Source: Vicugna vicugna (lineage: Eukaryota). From it: 64,000 nt of DNA. The DNA lies in NCBI GenBank assembly GCA_013265495.1, contig MU058337.1:3192686-3256685 (forward strand), given 5' to 3'. The position numbers were made by a program, and so were the translations under genes. Under the pieces are notes generated by a model. That model ran no database searches. It saw only the letters and a program-made list of their open reading frames with translations, and was not told the DNA's origin. How positions within the stretch are numbered: position 1 is the first letter of the stretch; each line of letters starts with the position of its first letter. This document shows positions 13,401-25,012 of this stretch, piece after piece.

Positions 13401-15407
13401 CAAACCTACAGTCCCCTTCAAAGCCCTCCTTACACAGGGAGCCCGAAGAGTGACTCCCACGCACCCAGAAGCACGCGGACGTCTCGCTTGCGACTACAGG
13501 AGTCAAAAATAACAACGTACTTTCATTTTGGCGGGTTTGCTACGGAAATTTACAGCTTTGGAAAAAATAATTCAATCATAAGTGAGAAATGCCAGAAATA
13601 GTATTCATTATGTTTTATTCATGTTTAGGGCTCCATGCTATTTAAAAGAAATAATGATTAAACTACGACCCCCAAAATAGTGTCTGTGTTTCCAGTGGTT
13701 CCAGGTGTTTGGGGTGCCATGATAAACTAATGTGTGGCCTTGACACATACCCAAAATGAAAGGCAAGAAATAATATCAACTCCGGTTTATAAATTACACT
13801 TGTATAAATTTTAACTCCTTTTTAGAAAAACATAGAAATGAGTAAGTTCTATATTTTTGATAAATTAAATATAGCAGTAGTGAAAAATAATATTAAAAAT
13901 AGGTGACAGTTGTATGCTGCTCTAAATACTACAGATGTAACTGTAGTGTAACATTTAGGAAATGAGAAAACAGAGGCAGACAGTAGTTGAGTACGTAACA
14001 CTTAGTCTTCAAGCTAATTGGAATAACTTCCCATTGTGGCATCATTTGTGCTATTATCACAAGGCAGTGATGTTTCTTTGCTAAACTGTTTATCCAACCT
14101 AGAGCTTGGCATTAACTCTCGCAGGGGACACACCCAGTTTGTACCTTCTCCCTGTGGTGAGCTCTTTCGTCTGGCACTGAGTGCCTGCTCTTCCTGAAAG
14201 ATGATGGCCTTGCATCCTGCTCCTAACTGGGACAGAGCACTCTCTCTCTGGCAAGACCGATGAGAGATCACGGCCAGCCCCAGGCATCTGAAGTCACTGT
14301 CCCTCTTTCTAGATGATCTAATATGAGCTATTATTTCTACTTCTTTTTATTGTATCAGCTCAATTTTGTTTCTTAACGTGTTTTCGTTTCATCAGTTTTT
14401 AAAACTGCTCCTGTATCCCTTTCTTGCTCCAGCTGTTAGCAGCCCCACCTGGAAAGATTCCAGTCTCACGAATCAAGGGAGTTTGGGTTTCTGCCCCCTC
14501 ATGCATCACAAAGAACCAAATTTACAATGAGCTGGCCCTGCCAGGTCTTCTCCCTAATACAAAACCGAATACTTGTAAACTGGAACTCTTTATCCTAGAC
14601 TGAGCTCATGTGGTCATTTGAAGCATAAAAGAAATATGCCTTTTAATAGGAGCTCCTTGAAAACAATTTATTTACCTCGAGGAGTAATTTACACGGTGAT
14701 GACATAGTCTGATAGCGCATCTTGGAGAAAGGAGGGCAAGGATCCACCTGAAGGAAGAACGTCCACAAGAGCAAAACTCCACATCATCAGAATGTCACAG
14801 GATTTCCTGAACTCCAGCTATCCTGCTGCATACACACTGTATAATGGATATTCAAAATTTTCAATCCTCTAGTATGAGTTATGTATATTACAAAAATAGT
14901 ACATTTTAAATATTTTAAAATAGCAGCACACTGAATTTAAATTTCAATTTTATAAATAAAAATTAACACAGAATGGAACATGAATATTCAACTGAAGAAT
15001 CATGTGCACAGTGTCTATGTATGTAAACATAGAATTAGAGCCATAATTAATACTATTAGCATTATTTATATAATAATGTATATGTTTACATATGTATCTT
15101 ACATGTTTATTGTACACATGCATACAGATTAAAGCCGTTCATTTACCCTATATTATTTGTCAGTGCTTTTTGAATAAAAATGTAATAAAAATTACCTAGT
15201 GCCTTTTAAAAGATTTATTTATCCCGATAGTCTATTTTATTTTAAGAACTGGATAAAGAGACATTCAGTGGCCCTTCCAAGCTCCAGCTCTCTTTAAGGT
15301 ACAGCTCTCAGTTGGACTGTGAATCTTACACTTAAAATAATTCTCCTAAATCAGTGTAACAAAGCTACTTCAATTGCTCCCAAAAGCTATATCCTTCTTG
15401 TTAGTTT

Positions 15408-15433
15408 TTGTTGTTGTTGTTGTTGTTGTTGTT
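15408..15433. repeat. (TTG)n microsatellite
   Basis: About 8 TTG units. It explains the poly-Val run in ORF 15374-15775. Confidence 0.9.
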
Positions 15434-17661
15434 TATTTGGTTAACTTTGTGGTTTTTTTGGAGGACGCATTCTTTCTTTTGTGCGGCTTTTTTTTTCCTT
15501 TTTTTCCCACTAGATTTGCCGTAACGCCTTTCCCTCAGGTGCCCCTTCAAGAACGTTTTCTAAATGCTCATGCAAACAGGAGGAAAAATGTGAGCTTCCA
15601 CAGTTGGCAAGGCAACGAGGCCCGCAGGGTAGGACGCAGCTTGGCGGCGGACGCCAGGCATCCACAGCAGAGATGGACAAAGGAGCCAGGCTGGTCCATT
15701 TTCAACAGGTGCAAAGGGTTCTGCAGTTCTGCAAGAGCCCACCTTCCCCAACGCGTTCTAGTTGTTATTTCCTAACGCTTGACATACAGCTGCTCTGAGT
15801 GGGTGTCACTGCTCTCTGTTTCTCTAAGGTCGAAGTCAAGCCGAGTTGGAGAAATCAACAGAGCAGAAACAGAAGAGCAAAGGTATAAATATGCTACTTT
15901 CTGTGCTCAAATTATTTACAAGATTATGGCTTATCTAGTGCTCACCATGATTCCCTGTCTCTAGAACTCATGCAATTTGCTTCAAAAACATCACAATGTG
16001 TTTGACTAGGTGAGTATTGTGATACCATCTGGATAGAAAAATCATGAAAGGATTTGGCAGATATTTAGGGCACCAACAAAAAATAATCATTGCAAACCAG
16101 GCAATAGGTCACTGTGTATCAAGAAGCAGCCCTGTAATTTCTCCTGATGCTTTTTCCCTCTAAGCCTTCAAGAGTGTTACTTATTAAAAGTAACATTGGG
16201 GGTTTAGAAAAGTAATGTATTCTTCACTTAACAGCAAGAGGGTGTGGAGAATGCCTTGATTTTTCTAGAATTTCTTGTGGAATCTTGGAAAGCCCTGAAC
16301 AAATAAACACTACTAGCTTCTCAGATGGGCTGAAACCCATTAGAATATACACAGCTTATTTCCCACCATCATTGCCCTGAAATATGTTTTGTCAAATTTC
16401 CCTTCCTTGACCCTTGGGAGAATCCTGGGAGAATCCAGTAGCTTTCTGGTCATTTTAATTCTAGTCTGGTCTCCACTAAAATTTTAATTTGTCATCCGTT
16501 GAACACCTCTGTCCTCTATCCCTTCTAAGGTCACTCTGGAACTGGTCAAGCAATGAAGAAGGGGGCTGCCATGATCTATTTTTCTCCTTTTTCTTTCTTA
16601 CCCACCTTTCTTCCACCTTGCCTCTTCTTCAGGGCTGGAGCTGTGGGAGTGGATACGAGAAGGAAAAGGTTAAGATTTGCTTCCGTGCCTCAGGAAGGGG
16701 GAGGTTCCTACTCACCACTGGCTACTCTGTGCTTCCTCCAGACCCCTTTCCTTAATAAGATCATCCTTTGCTAAGGGTCCCTTGGCTTCCTAACTTCCCT
16801 TAGCATCTGCCCAGGTTTATATTTTTGGGACCATCTTTGAGATAGGCTTTTGTCAAGATAATTAGGGCAAAGTTACCTTCCGCAGAGGGCTTTTGTGTCA
16901 AAGAAAAATCTGAAAGTCATCCTGTGAGATGCTGGGAGCACATGTTGCACCCCTGCTACCCTTCTTCTTGCCTTAACTTTGTGGCTCGTCTAGCCAGCTT
17001 CCTGTTTCTGGCTTTTCAGACTCGGGACATACACCTGCCTCCATCAGCATGTTTACCAAGCTCCTGGGGCATATCCCATCTTTTCCCAGAACTTCTTAGT
17101 ATTTAAATACTGCTGTTTGTAATTTGGAATATGGTTCATAGATAACTCAACTCAACATGCTTCCAGTCAGGGAGTAAAATCTCAGTCTTCTCTAGCGCTG
17201 ATAAGCCCCAGCTTTTTGTGTGTTCTCTGCGACTGCCTCACGTGGCTGGGGTGGGGAGAACTACGCACCATTTCTCTCCCACGGACTGGGACTGCAAAAT
17301 AACACAGCACTTCCATTTCTGTGAAGTACTCAGTACTCATTTAGCAAAGCAACATGCTTGTTCAGTTTATCTCCAGGACTCTTCTACGTACCCTGGGATT
17401 TGATAACCATTGGACCGGTTTAGTCTCGTCTTAAAAACTCCTAAGTGTCTTTAAAAAATGGAGGTTAAGTGTCATCCATTTTTCTTAATTTTCAGGCTTT
17501 AGCTGATTTTGAGACAACAGAAAGAAGCTTGGGTGCATAACCTGGTATGAAGATTATTTCTCCAAGGGTTCATTTCACTTCATACAAATATGTACTAAAG
17601 TTTGAGTTTGAGCCTGGCGAATAAGTCTTGTATCTCTTATGCCTCAAGAAAAAGGAGACAT

Positions 17662-17794
17662 GGGGGAAGGGTAGAGCTCAAGTGGTAGAGTATGTGCTCA
17701 ACACGCAAGAGGTCCCGGGTTCAATCCCCGGTACCTCCTGAAGCAGGGATCAGTGAGGAAACCTAATTACCTGCCCTTCAGAAAACAAACAACA
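17662..17794 (+). mobile_element. tRNA-derived SINE, camelid Vic-1 type
   Basis: tRNA-like head with A box 'tagagctcaagtggtag' and B box 'ggttcaatccc', a conserved 'aaacctaattacc' segment and an A-rich tail. TSD caagaaaaaggagacat (17645-17661) versus caagaaaaaggcagacat (17795-17812). Confidence 0.85.
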
Positions 17795-18264
17795 CAAGAA
17801 AAAGGCAGACATAATTTTTCAGCAACTTCTAGAAAATACCTGATTATTTCTCACAGGCTGACTCAGTGATGGTCATCACGTAGACCCTGAAATCACATGT
17901 GTCACACCAGGCCACCACGCGTGTTCACGTCTTGCCCAGCCTGTATTTCGGGTCTCTCCAGTGCTGCTACCGTTTGATCATTCTGCGGTACCTTGGTGGA
18001 CTTCTGTTTTGGTGAAAACTGAGGCCTCTGGACGTTTGTGCTGATTCCTGTTATTTGAAGGCTCACCCTTCACACAGGAAACCCAGAGGCTGGAACAGCT
18101 CAGACCCACACTTGGGAATCCAAATATCCCCAAACTCATTGAGCAAAGGGGTTTAAGTAGGTTAGTTCATCTGGAAACCCCTATCCTCCTTAGCAGCGAC
18201 GGTCGCTCCCCACTTCACACTGAATTACAGTTAATATTGATGGACTGCAGTTACTATCATGAGT

Positions 18265-18505
18265 ACAGTATTGTCATAAGGAGATAAACCCACGAGTCAG
18301 CCCACACCTGGGATAGTATCTTATCCCCACCTTTGTGAGCTCTGTGACCTTGACATGTCACCCAACTTCCCAGTAACTAAACTTCCTCAGCCGGAGAGTT
18401 AGGATAATAACACCTACAGCATAGGCTTCTGGTAGGACTAAACATGTTAATATTTGTTAAGACATTTAGAACAGTGATTGGTGCATAGTAAGCATGAGAG
18501 CCATT
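18265..18505 (+). mobile_element. MIR SINE
   Basis: Core 'ctgtgaccttgacatgtcacccaacttccc...ttcctcag...ggataataacacctac...tttagaacagtgattggtgcatagtaagc'. Confidence 0.7.
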
Positions 18506-18619
18506 TTTTATTATTCACTTTCTTGTCAATCACATTCAAATTTTTATTTGATCCTCTTAAGAGTATTGTGAAGTAATACAGGTATTTTTATTTTCTCTCT
18601 TATAAAAATGGAAACTTAA

Positions 18620-19188
18620 ATTTTTTTAAGACTTTGGTTTTTTTAAGAGTGGTTTAAGGCACATAGCAAATTTGAAGGGAAGTGGCAGAGATCTCCCGTA
18701 TAACCCTTGCCTTCACATGTGCATAGGCTTCCCTGTTATCAACATCTTGCACCTGAATGATACATTTTTTATAATTGATGAACGTATATTGACACATCAT
18801 AATCACCCAAAGTCTATAATTTCCATTAGGAATTAATCTCGGTGCTGTACATTCTAACAGTTTGAACAAATGTGAAATATACTTATCTATCACTATAGTT
18901 TCACTGCCCTGAAAACCTCTGTATTCAACCAATTTATCACACCCCCCAACTCCTGTCAACCAATCTTTTTCTGACTCCAGAGTTGTGCCTTTTCCAGAAT
19001 GTCTGTGTAATCGGAATCACACTAGTTTATAAACACTTCAGATCGGCTTCTTTCCCTCCGTAACATGTGTGTAAGTTTCCTCCCTGTCTTTTCATGGCTT
19101 GATAGCCCTGAATAATACTCCATTGTCTGGATGCAGCACAGTTTATTCTTCCATTCACCTACTGAAGGACATTTTGCTTGCTTCCAGG
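18620..19188 (-). mobile_element. L1MC-type 3' UTR
   Basis: Reverse-strand counterpart of the element at 10.2-11.1 kb: 'gacacatcataatcacccaaagtc...tgccttttccagaatgtc...cattcacctactgaaggacat'. Confidence 0.8.
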
Positions 19189-20980
19189 AAACCTAGGTGA
19201 CTTGCAACAAACAGGCAAGTTGTGAACGCAAAGGAAAAGCCCCTGAAGGAAAGTCAAAGTGTCCCTCCAGTGCACACACGAATGATAAGAAAGCAAAACA
19301 GCCGCATTGCCAAGCTGGAGAGCATCTGAGCGTCCTCGACAGGAGGTCAGAAGCCTCACCCAGAGCAAGGCTCTAGCTCTTTTCAGTCTATTGAGGCTGA
19401 GAGAGGTAAGGAAGCCTAGCAAAAGGGGGTTCATGAGGTTTAAGGAAAGAAGCTATCTCCATAACATAAAAGGGCAAGGTAAAGGACTGAGGGCCGGCGT
19501 AGAAACTGCGGCAAGTCACCCAGAAGGTCTAGCCAAGGTAATTAATGAAGGTGGTCACACTGAACAGCAGATTTCCAATGCAGATGGAACACCTTCTATT
19601 GGAGAAGATACCATCCACCTAGGACTTTCATAACTAAAGAGGAGAAGTCAATGCCTGGCTTCAAAGCTTCAAAAGGCAGGATAACTCTTAAGTTAGGGGC
19701 TAACCCAGCAGTTGACTTAAAGTTGAAGCCCGTGCTCATTTACCATTCCAAAAAACTGAGGGGTTCTTATGAATTATGTTAAATCTACTCTGTCTGTGCT
19801 CTCTAAATGGAACAGCAAAGTCTAGACCCAGCACATCTGTTTACTACATGGTTTACTGAATATTTTAAGCCCACTGTTGAGACCTACTGCTCAGGAAAAA
19901 AAAATTCATTTCAAAATATTGCTGTTCTTTAACAATGCACCTGGTCACCCAAGAGCTCTGATGGAAATGTACAACGAGTTGATGTTCTTTTCGCACTGAC
20001 TAACACAACATCCCTTCTACAGCTCATCTATCAAGAAGTAGTTGTGACTTTCAAGTTTGCGTTATTTAAGAAGCACATTTCATAAGGCTATAGCTGCCAC
20101 AGAGAGTGATTCCTCTGGTGAAACTGAGCAAAGTAACTGAAAACCTTCTCAAAAGAATTCACCAGTCAAGATGAACAAGCCATTGTGAACGTTGCCAGTT
20201 CCTGGGAAGAGGTCAAAATATCAATATTAACAGGAATTTGGAAGAAGGAGATTCCAGCCCTCATGGATGACTTTGAGGGGTTCAAGACATCGGTGGAGGA
20301 AGGAACAGCAGATACGGTGGAAACAGCAAAACTGAACCCGAATTTCTGTTATCTCATAATAAAACTTTCACAGATGAGGAGTTGCTGCTTCTGCCTGAGC
20401 AAAGAAAGTGATTTCTGAAGATGGAATCTACTCCTGGTGAAGATGCTGGAGATATTCTTGAAACGACTGCAAAAGATTAAGAATACTACATAAATCCAGT
20501 TGCTAAAGTAAAGACAAGTTTTGACAAGATTGACTCCAATTTTGAAACAAGTTCTGCTGTGGTAAATGCTATCAAACTGCATTGCATACTACAGAGAAAT
20601 TGTGCGTGAAAGGAAGAGTCTACCTATGTGGCAAACTTCACTGTTGTCTTATTTTTAAAAATTTCCTTAGCTACCCCAATCTTCGGCACCCACCACCCTG
20701 ATCAGTCAGCCATCAAAGGGACAAGCCCTTCCCTCAGCTAAAAGATTACAACTCACTGAAGGCTTAGATAATGGTTAGCAATAAAGCCTTTTTAAATTAA
20801 GGGTATAGACATTAGTTTTTAGACATAATGCAGTGGGACATTTAACAGACTATAGTATAGTGTGGACGTGACTTTTATGCACTGGGAAACCAAAAATTTG
20901 TGTGCCTTGCTTCATTGTGATATTTGCTTTGTTGCAGTAGTATGAAGCAGAACCTGCGAGATCTCTGAGTAGGTCTCTGT
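19189..20980 (+). mobile_element. Tigger1 DNA transposon (TcMar-Tigger), 5'-truncated, transposase disrupted
   Basis: Translation KRGFMRFKERSYLHNIKGQGK...AASHPEGLAKVINEGGHTEQQISNADGT and SWEEVKISILTGIWKK..PALMDDFEGFKTSVEE matches the Tigger1/TIGD1 transposase. A degenerate right TIR region 'gaacctgcgagatctctgagtaggtctctgt' is present. Confidence 0.9.
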
Positions 20981-22289
20981 CTGTCTTTTAGGTATATAGG
21001 TGTGTGTGATGCGTCCTTTTTTCTTTACCTTATTTCAAACAAAGGTTGACGTTGGAAGTATAGCTGGATCTATATTTTTCCAGTGACCGATTTCAAAGAC
21101 CCCTCTATCAATGTCATAACAGAATCAAGGGGTTGGTTTTGAATTCTGAATATGCCTCATCGTGCAGGTGGTTATTAATTAGTCTCAACTGGCAGAGGTA
21201 GAAAACAGAGTGTATATTCATGGACACCATGCGAATTATCTGTAGCCATCATGAGGGCTACAAGAATCCTGATATAAAGGTTCTGCAAGAACATACGATA
21301 AGAAATCCGATGACCTCACTGACCTACAAGAACTCCGCATTGATAATATCTGGTCATCATCCAAACCAACCTTCGGCTTTGTGTAGCTGCCCCTGGGAGT
21401 ATCCTGTCCTCTACGCCAATGTCCTGTTGAAGCCCTCCTGAAACACAACCATAGCCTTAATTATGATATTAAAGTTTATATTGTCTTATTTCTCACTAAG
21501 GAACAATATTGTTAATCACTGGGATTCTGAAACCATGACTAAAATGTCTTTATGAGGGATATTTTGTCTTCCTCACTAAAGCGTAGTGTGTCCACACCAC
21601 GGTCTGGCTTTGGGCCGTGGTCACACCGGCCCTGAGCAGAGACGCTCTCCCGGAGCCAAAACAGCCCACGTGGTGCATCTGAACAGAAGGCTTGGCTACG
21701 GCTCTCTCTTCAGCTCAGCTCGCAGGCACTCTCGAAGGCACACACACTGTTGGAAAGGCCACGGCCGAGGGCTGAAACTTGTGAAAAAACTCTCAGGCTA
21801 AATTAATTATATTTCTGGAAATGACAGAAGAAAAGAAAAATTAATCCAGAAACTGTGGGATCTGGGGAAATAATTTACTTTTGAATGATCGCTTGGGAAT
21901 TCTTAGGTGATATCAGAGAGCCAAAGATGGAAAATTATCAGTGATAACGGGCTCTTAATGAGGACCTTTCTCAAGTGTAGCTACGACCCAGTATCAAACT
22001 GAGGGCTGCCAAGAATACAGCTCTTTATGATATGACCCCTCTGTCAAGGAGTTTATACCCATTGAGGAAAGGAGTTACCTTACATTAGACCTTACAAATA
22101 GGGCAGGACTCTGTCTTTTTCATATTGTCCTAGTAGGCGATCTGGAGCTGGACAGCAATTCAGACGAAAGTCATGCATTTTAAAGGCATTGCTCCTGCTG
22201 AATTTTAGTAAGAACCACAGGTGAGAAAAAGGTCTTGCTTAAGACGTATGCAAGGTCAAGGGTTTTATTCTACCTACATGTTAACAAGT

Positions 22290-22690
22290 TCGCCTGCCCC
22301 AGTTTCACGGGCGGGGGCAGAAGACTCCAGGCACCTGGTACAAGACAGACAGCAGCAGCCGGAGGTCGCTGTCTGCTTGTCAGCTTGCCAAGCCCCTCAG
22401 ATGCCAGGGCACGACCCAGGCGGCCCAGGAGGGGCGCCGGCCCGCGCCGCAGGCTGCCCTGGGAAGAGGCGTCTACTGCTTTAATTGAAAGAGAAGCCAG
22501 TTTGCCCTTTGTCTTGGGGAGGTTTCCCGCACGCTTCAGAGTCCCTCCCTGAAAACACGACCCAAAGACGTTCCCCGGGGAGAAGGCGGCCAGCTTTCCA
22601 CACTTGACATTCTCAGTAAGAATGCACAACGCGGGCGTGGCAGGTGGACCCCCTTCCACAGCAGCCCCCGGGGAGAAGTGATGGAGGAAA
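22290..22690. promoter_or_regulatory. Small GC/CpG-rich patch (possible regulatory element)
   Basis: Local CpG cluster, e.g. 'ggcggcccaggaggggcgccggcccgcgccgcagg', in an otherwise AT-rich window. No repeat family recognised. Confidence 0.3.
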
Positions 22691-22902
22691 CAGTAAATGG
22701 CCAGGAGTAAGCCTTAGGAAACACCAATATTCAGAACTGTTTGGAAGGGACTAGAAAGGAGGAGTGAGCGGAACCAGAGAAACGTCGGAAGAAAATGGTG
22801 TGAAGAGGGCTACGGGTGCAAACAATATTCAGGAGGGCGCAGTGGCAAGTTAACTGCTCCAGCAGCCCTCCCTACAAATGTACCACGCGGAACTGTCTGA
22901 AG

Positions 22903-24312
22903 CAGCGGTTTGCAAACATTTTTGCCTCAGTACATCTTATACTGTTAAGTAGCTTTGAGGATCTGAGCGCTTTTGCCTATGTGACTTACACCCATTGAGA
23001 GACACTATATTAAAAATTGAGTGCAAGAAAATTTTTAAATATATATTATTTCTTTCTAATGGCAATTACTTGTTTTTATGAACAACTTACTATCTTCTTC
23101 TAAAGCTGAAAAAATTAATGAGAGCATTGTTTTATATTTTTGCAAATCTGTGTAATGTCTGTCTTTAGATAGCTTAATTCTTACACCTGCTTTTTTATTA
23201 TATGTGCTGCCGTAAATGGTTTAGACTAAAGCACATGGACAAAATCCAGCTCACAAAGATGTGTTGTTGGCAAAAAGGGGGGTGGTATCAATTGCTTTTT
23301 TCAGATAATTGGGGATATTCTCCTTTAATACTATATAAAAATTTGACAAGTGGTAATCTTAAAATGTAAGCTGAATTGTGAAACCAGAAAACATATCATT
23401 TGTTTTGCCCTTTTACACTAAAACTGATTATTCTGTCTTGTATTTTGAGTGGACCTTGTAACCGTACATGATTAGGTGGCAATATGGACAGGAGTTTTGA
23501 AAACTACTGTTTCATTGAATTCTGTTAATCTTTCAAAGGTTGACACATTTCATTTTATAATATTAAGTATCACATTAATTTCAACACAATCCACCAGAAA
23601 AGGATTTAAGAATTAAGTAGTGTCAGTCTTAGTCTGGTGAATACAAGTTTTCCAAAATCTAATTTTCATTCAAAAGCTCAAATTCATCATTGGCAGCAAA
23701 TACCATCAGAAGTTTTTCTTAAAGTGGCAGGTTCAATGTCTTTGTTCACTATCCAAAAAATGTCCATCAAATACTCACCTCTAAATAAACATGGCTTTTC
23801 CATCAGTCTTTCTTTCAAGTAGAAATGGTGCTTCATGAAAAAAAGGAGCTAATTTGACTTGCAACTCAGAGAATTATTCAAGCTAGGGAGCAATCACCAT
23901 GCTTCCTTACGCTGCAGCAAATCTTCATAAATGCTCTGTTTCATCACTCAGTAAATTAAAACAGTATTACTGGAGAGTTAAGATTTAATACAAGTAATAA
24001 TTTTTTACGTTTCATCTAGGACATTCTTAAATCAATTTTCTTGTTGTGTTTTCCACACAAGTTCCTGACTGTGAAGAACACATGGCTACCTGTGGTTTGG
24101 TGCCACTCCTTTGATTAGTGCCCAAAACAAACCAAAACACAAACAAACAAAAAAACCCATCAGTTTTAACCAAACTGCTTTGCGATGTTAGTGTACGTGG
24201 CAACACCACAAGAAAGACAACATCTCAGCATTGTTATGACAGTAGTTTGACTATTACAATGAACGTATCTGGGGGGCCCTGGAATCTGAAAACTATATTC
24301 TGAGAACTGCTA
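22903..24312 (-). mobile_element. hAT-Charlie element, Charlie1a-like, near full length
   Basis: Terminal sequences 'cagcggtttgcaaacattttt' and 'tgagaactgcta'. Internal 'tttggtgccactcctttgattagtgc...gttttaaccaaactgctttgcgatg' resembles Charlie1a. Length is about 1.4 kb. Confidence 0.75.
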
Positions 24313-24601
24313 ATTTAGAAAATAAAGTGAAGACTGGGGCCTCTTTCTTCCTTCAGCTGCTAGCTTTTTGTTTGTTTTTCATATTTATGTTAACCTCTCT
24401 GTTTCCCTCCCCTCCCGCTGTCTCTGTGTGTGTGCGCACGCCGCATGCATACGGGAGCTCTACCAGGGACTATTTAGAGTCTAATTAAAAATTAAAGAAA
24501 ACGTTCATTTTCTTACTGCAGAGTATTTTCAGAAAATCTTCATCTGATCCAATGTTTTTTTCCTACTTTATGGATATTCTTTACAGATACTTTATAGAGT
24601 G

Positions 24602-25012
24602 GGTTTTTCTTTTCTCCTTTATATTAAGATCTCATATTTTAGAGCAGTTTTGGGTTCACAGCAAAACTGAGGTGAAAGTTCAGAGACCTCCCGCCACATG
24701 CACAGCCCCTCCACCCACCACTATTCTCAACATCCCCCAACAAATGGCACATTTGTTACAAGCAATGATCTTACACTGACGCGACGTAACCGCCCAGAGT
24801 CCATGGCTGACACTGCAGGTCTGTTCTGAGGCTCTGAGAAGCTGACCCACTGTCTCTCCAATCTCGGAGGCAGTGGTCTTTTCCATATCCTCCCCTTCTT
24901 TATAGATCCAAAAAAAGTAGTTGATTTTTCAATCTGTTCATCTTTTTATATGTTATTAGGAAAGAGCCGTGAATTTCAATCTCTTTACATGTGTAACTGG
25001 CAACCAGAAGTC
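24602..25012 (-). mobile_element. L1MC remnant made of its 3' end fused to its 5' end
   Basis: 24602-~24800 resembles the reverse L1MC 3' terminus. ~24830-25012 resembles the reverse L1MC 5' terminus ('gacttctggttgccagttacacatgtaaagagattgaaattc...cctaataaca...aaagatgaacagattgaaaaatcaactac'). Flanks are tttatagagtg and tttaatagagtg. Confidence 0.6.

Noticed and set aside
15374..15775. 133-aa ORF with a hydrophobic N-terminus
   Set aside because: The hydrophobic run comes from (TTG)n and T-tracts, the start is non-ATG, and no homology is recognisable.
17662..17738. tRNA-like sequence
   Set aside because: It is the head of a SINE with a tail and TSD, not a tRNA gene.
19307..20418. TIGD1-like ORFs
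   Set aside because: These are fragments of a decayed Tigger1 with frameshifts and stops and a missing 5' end, not a domesticated transposase.
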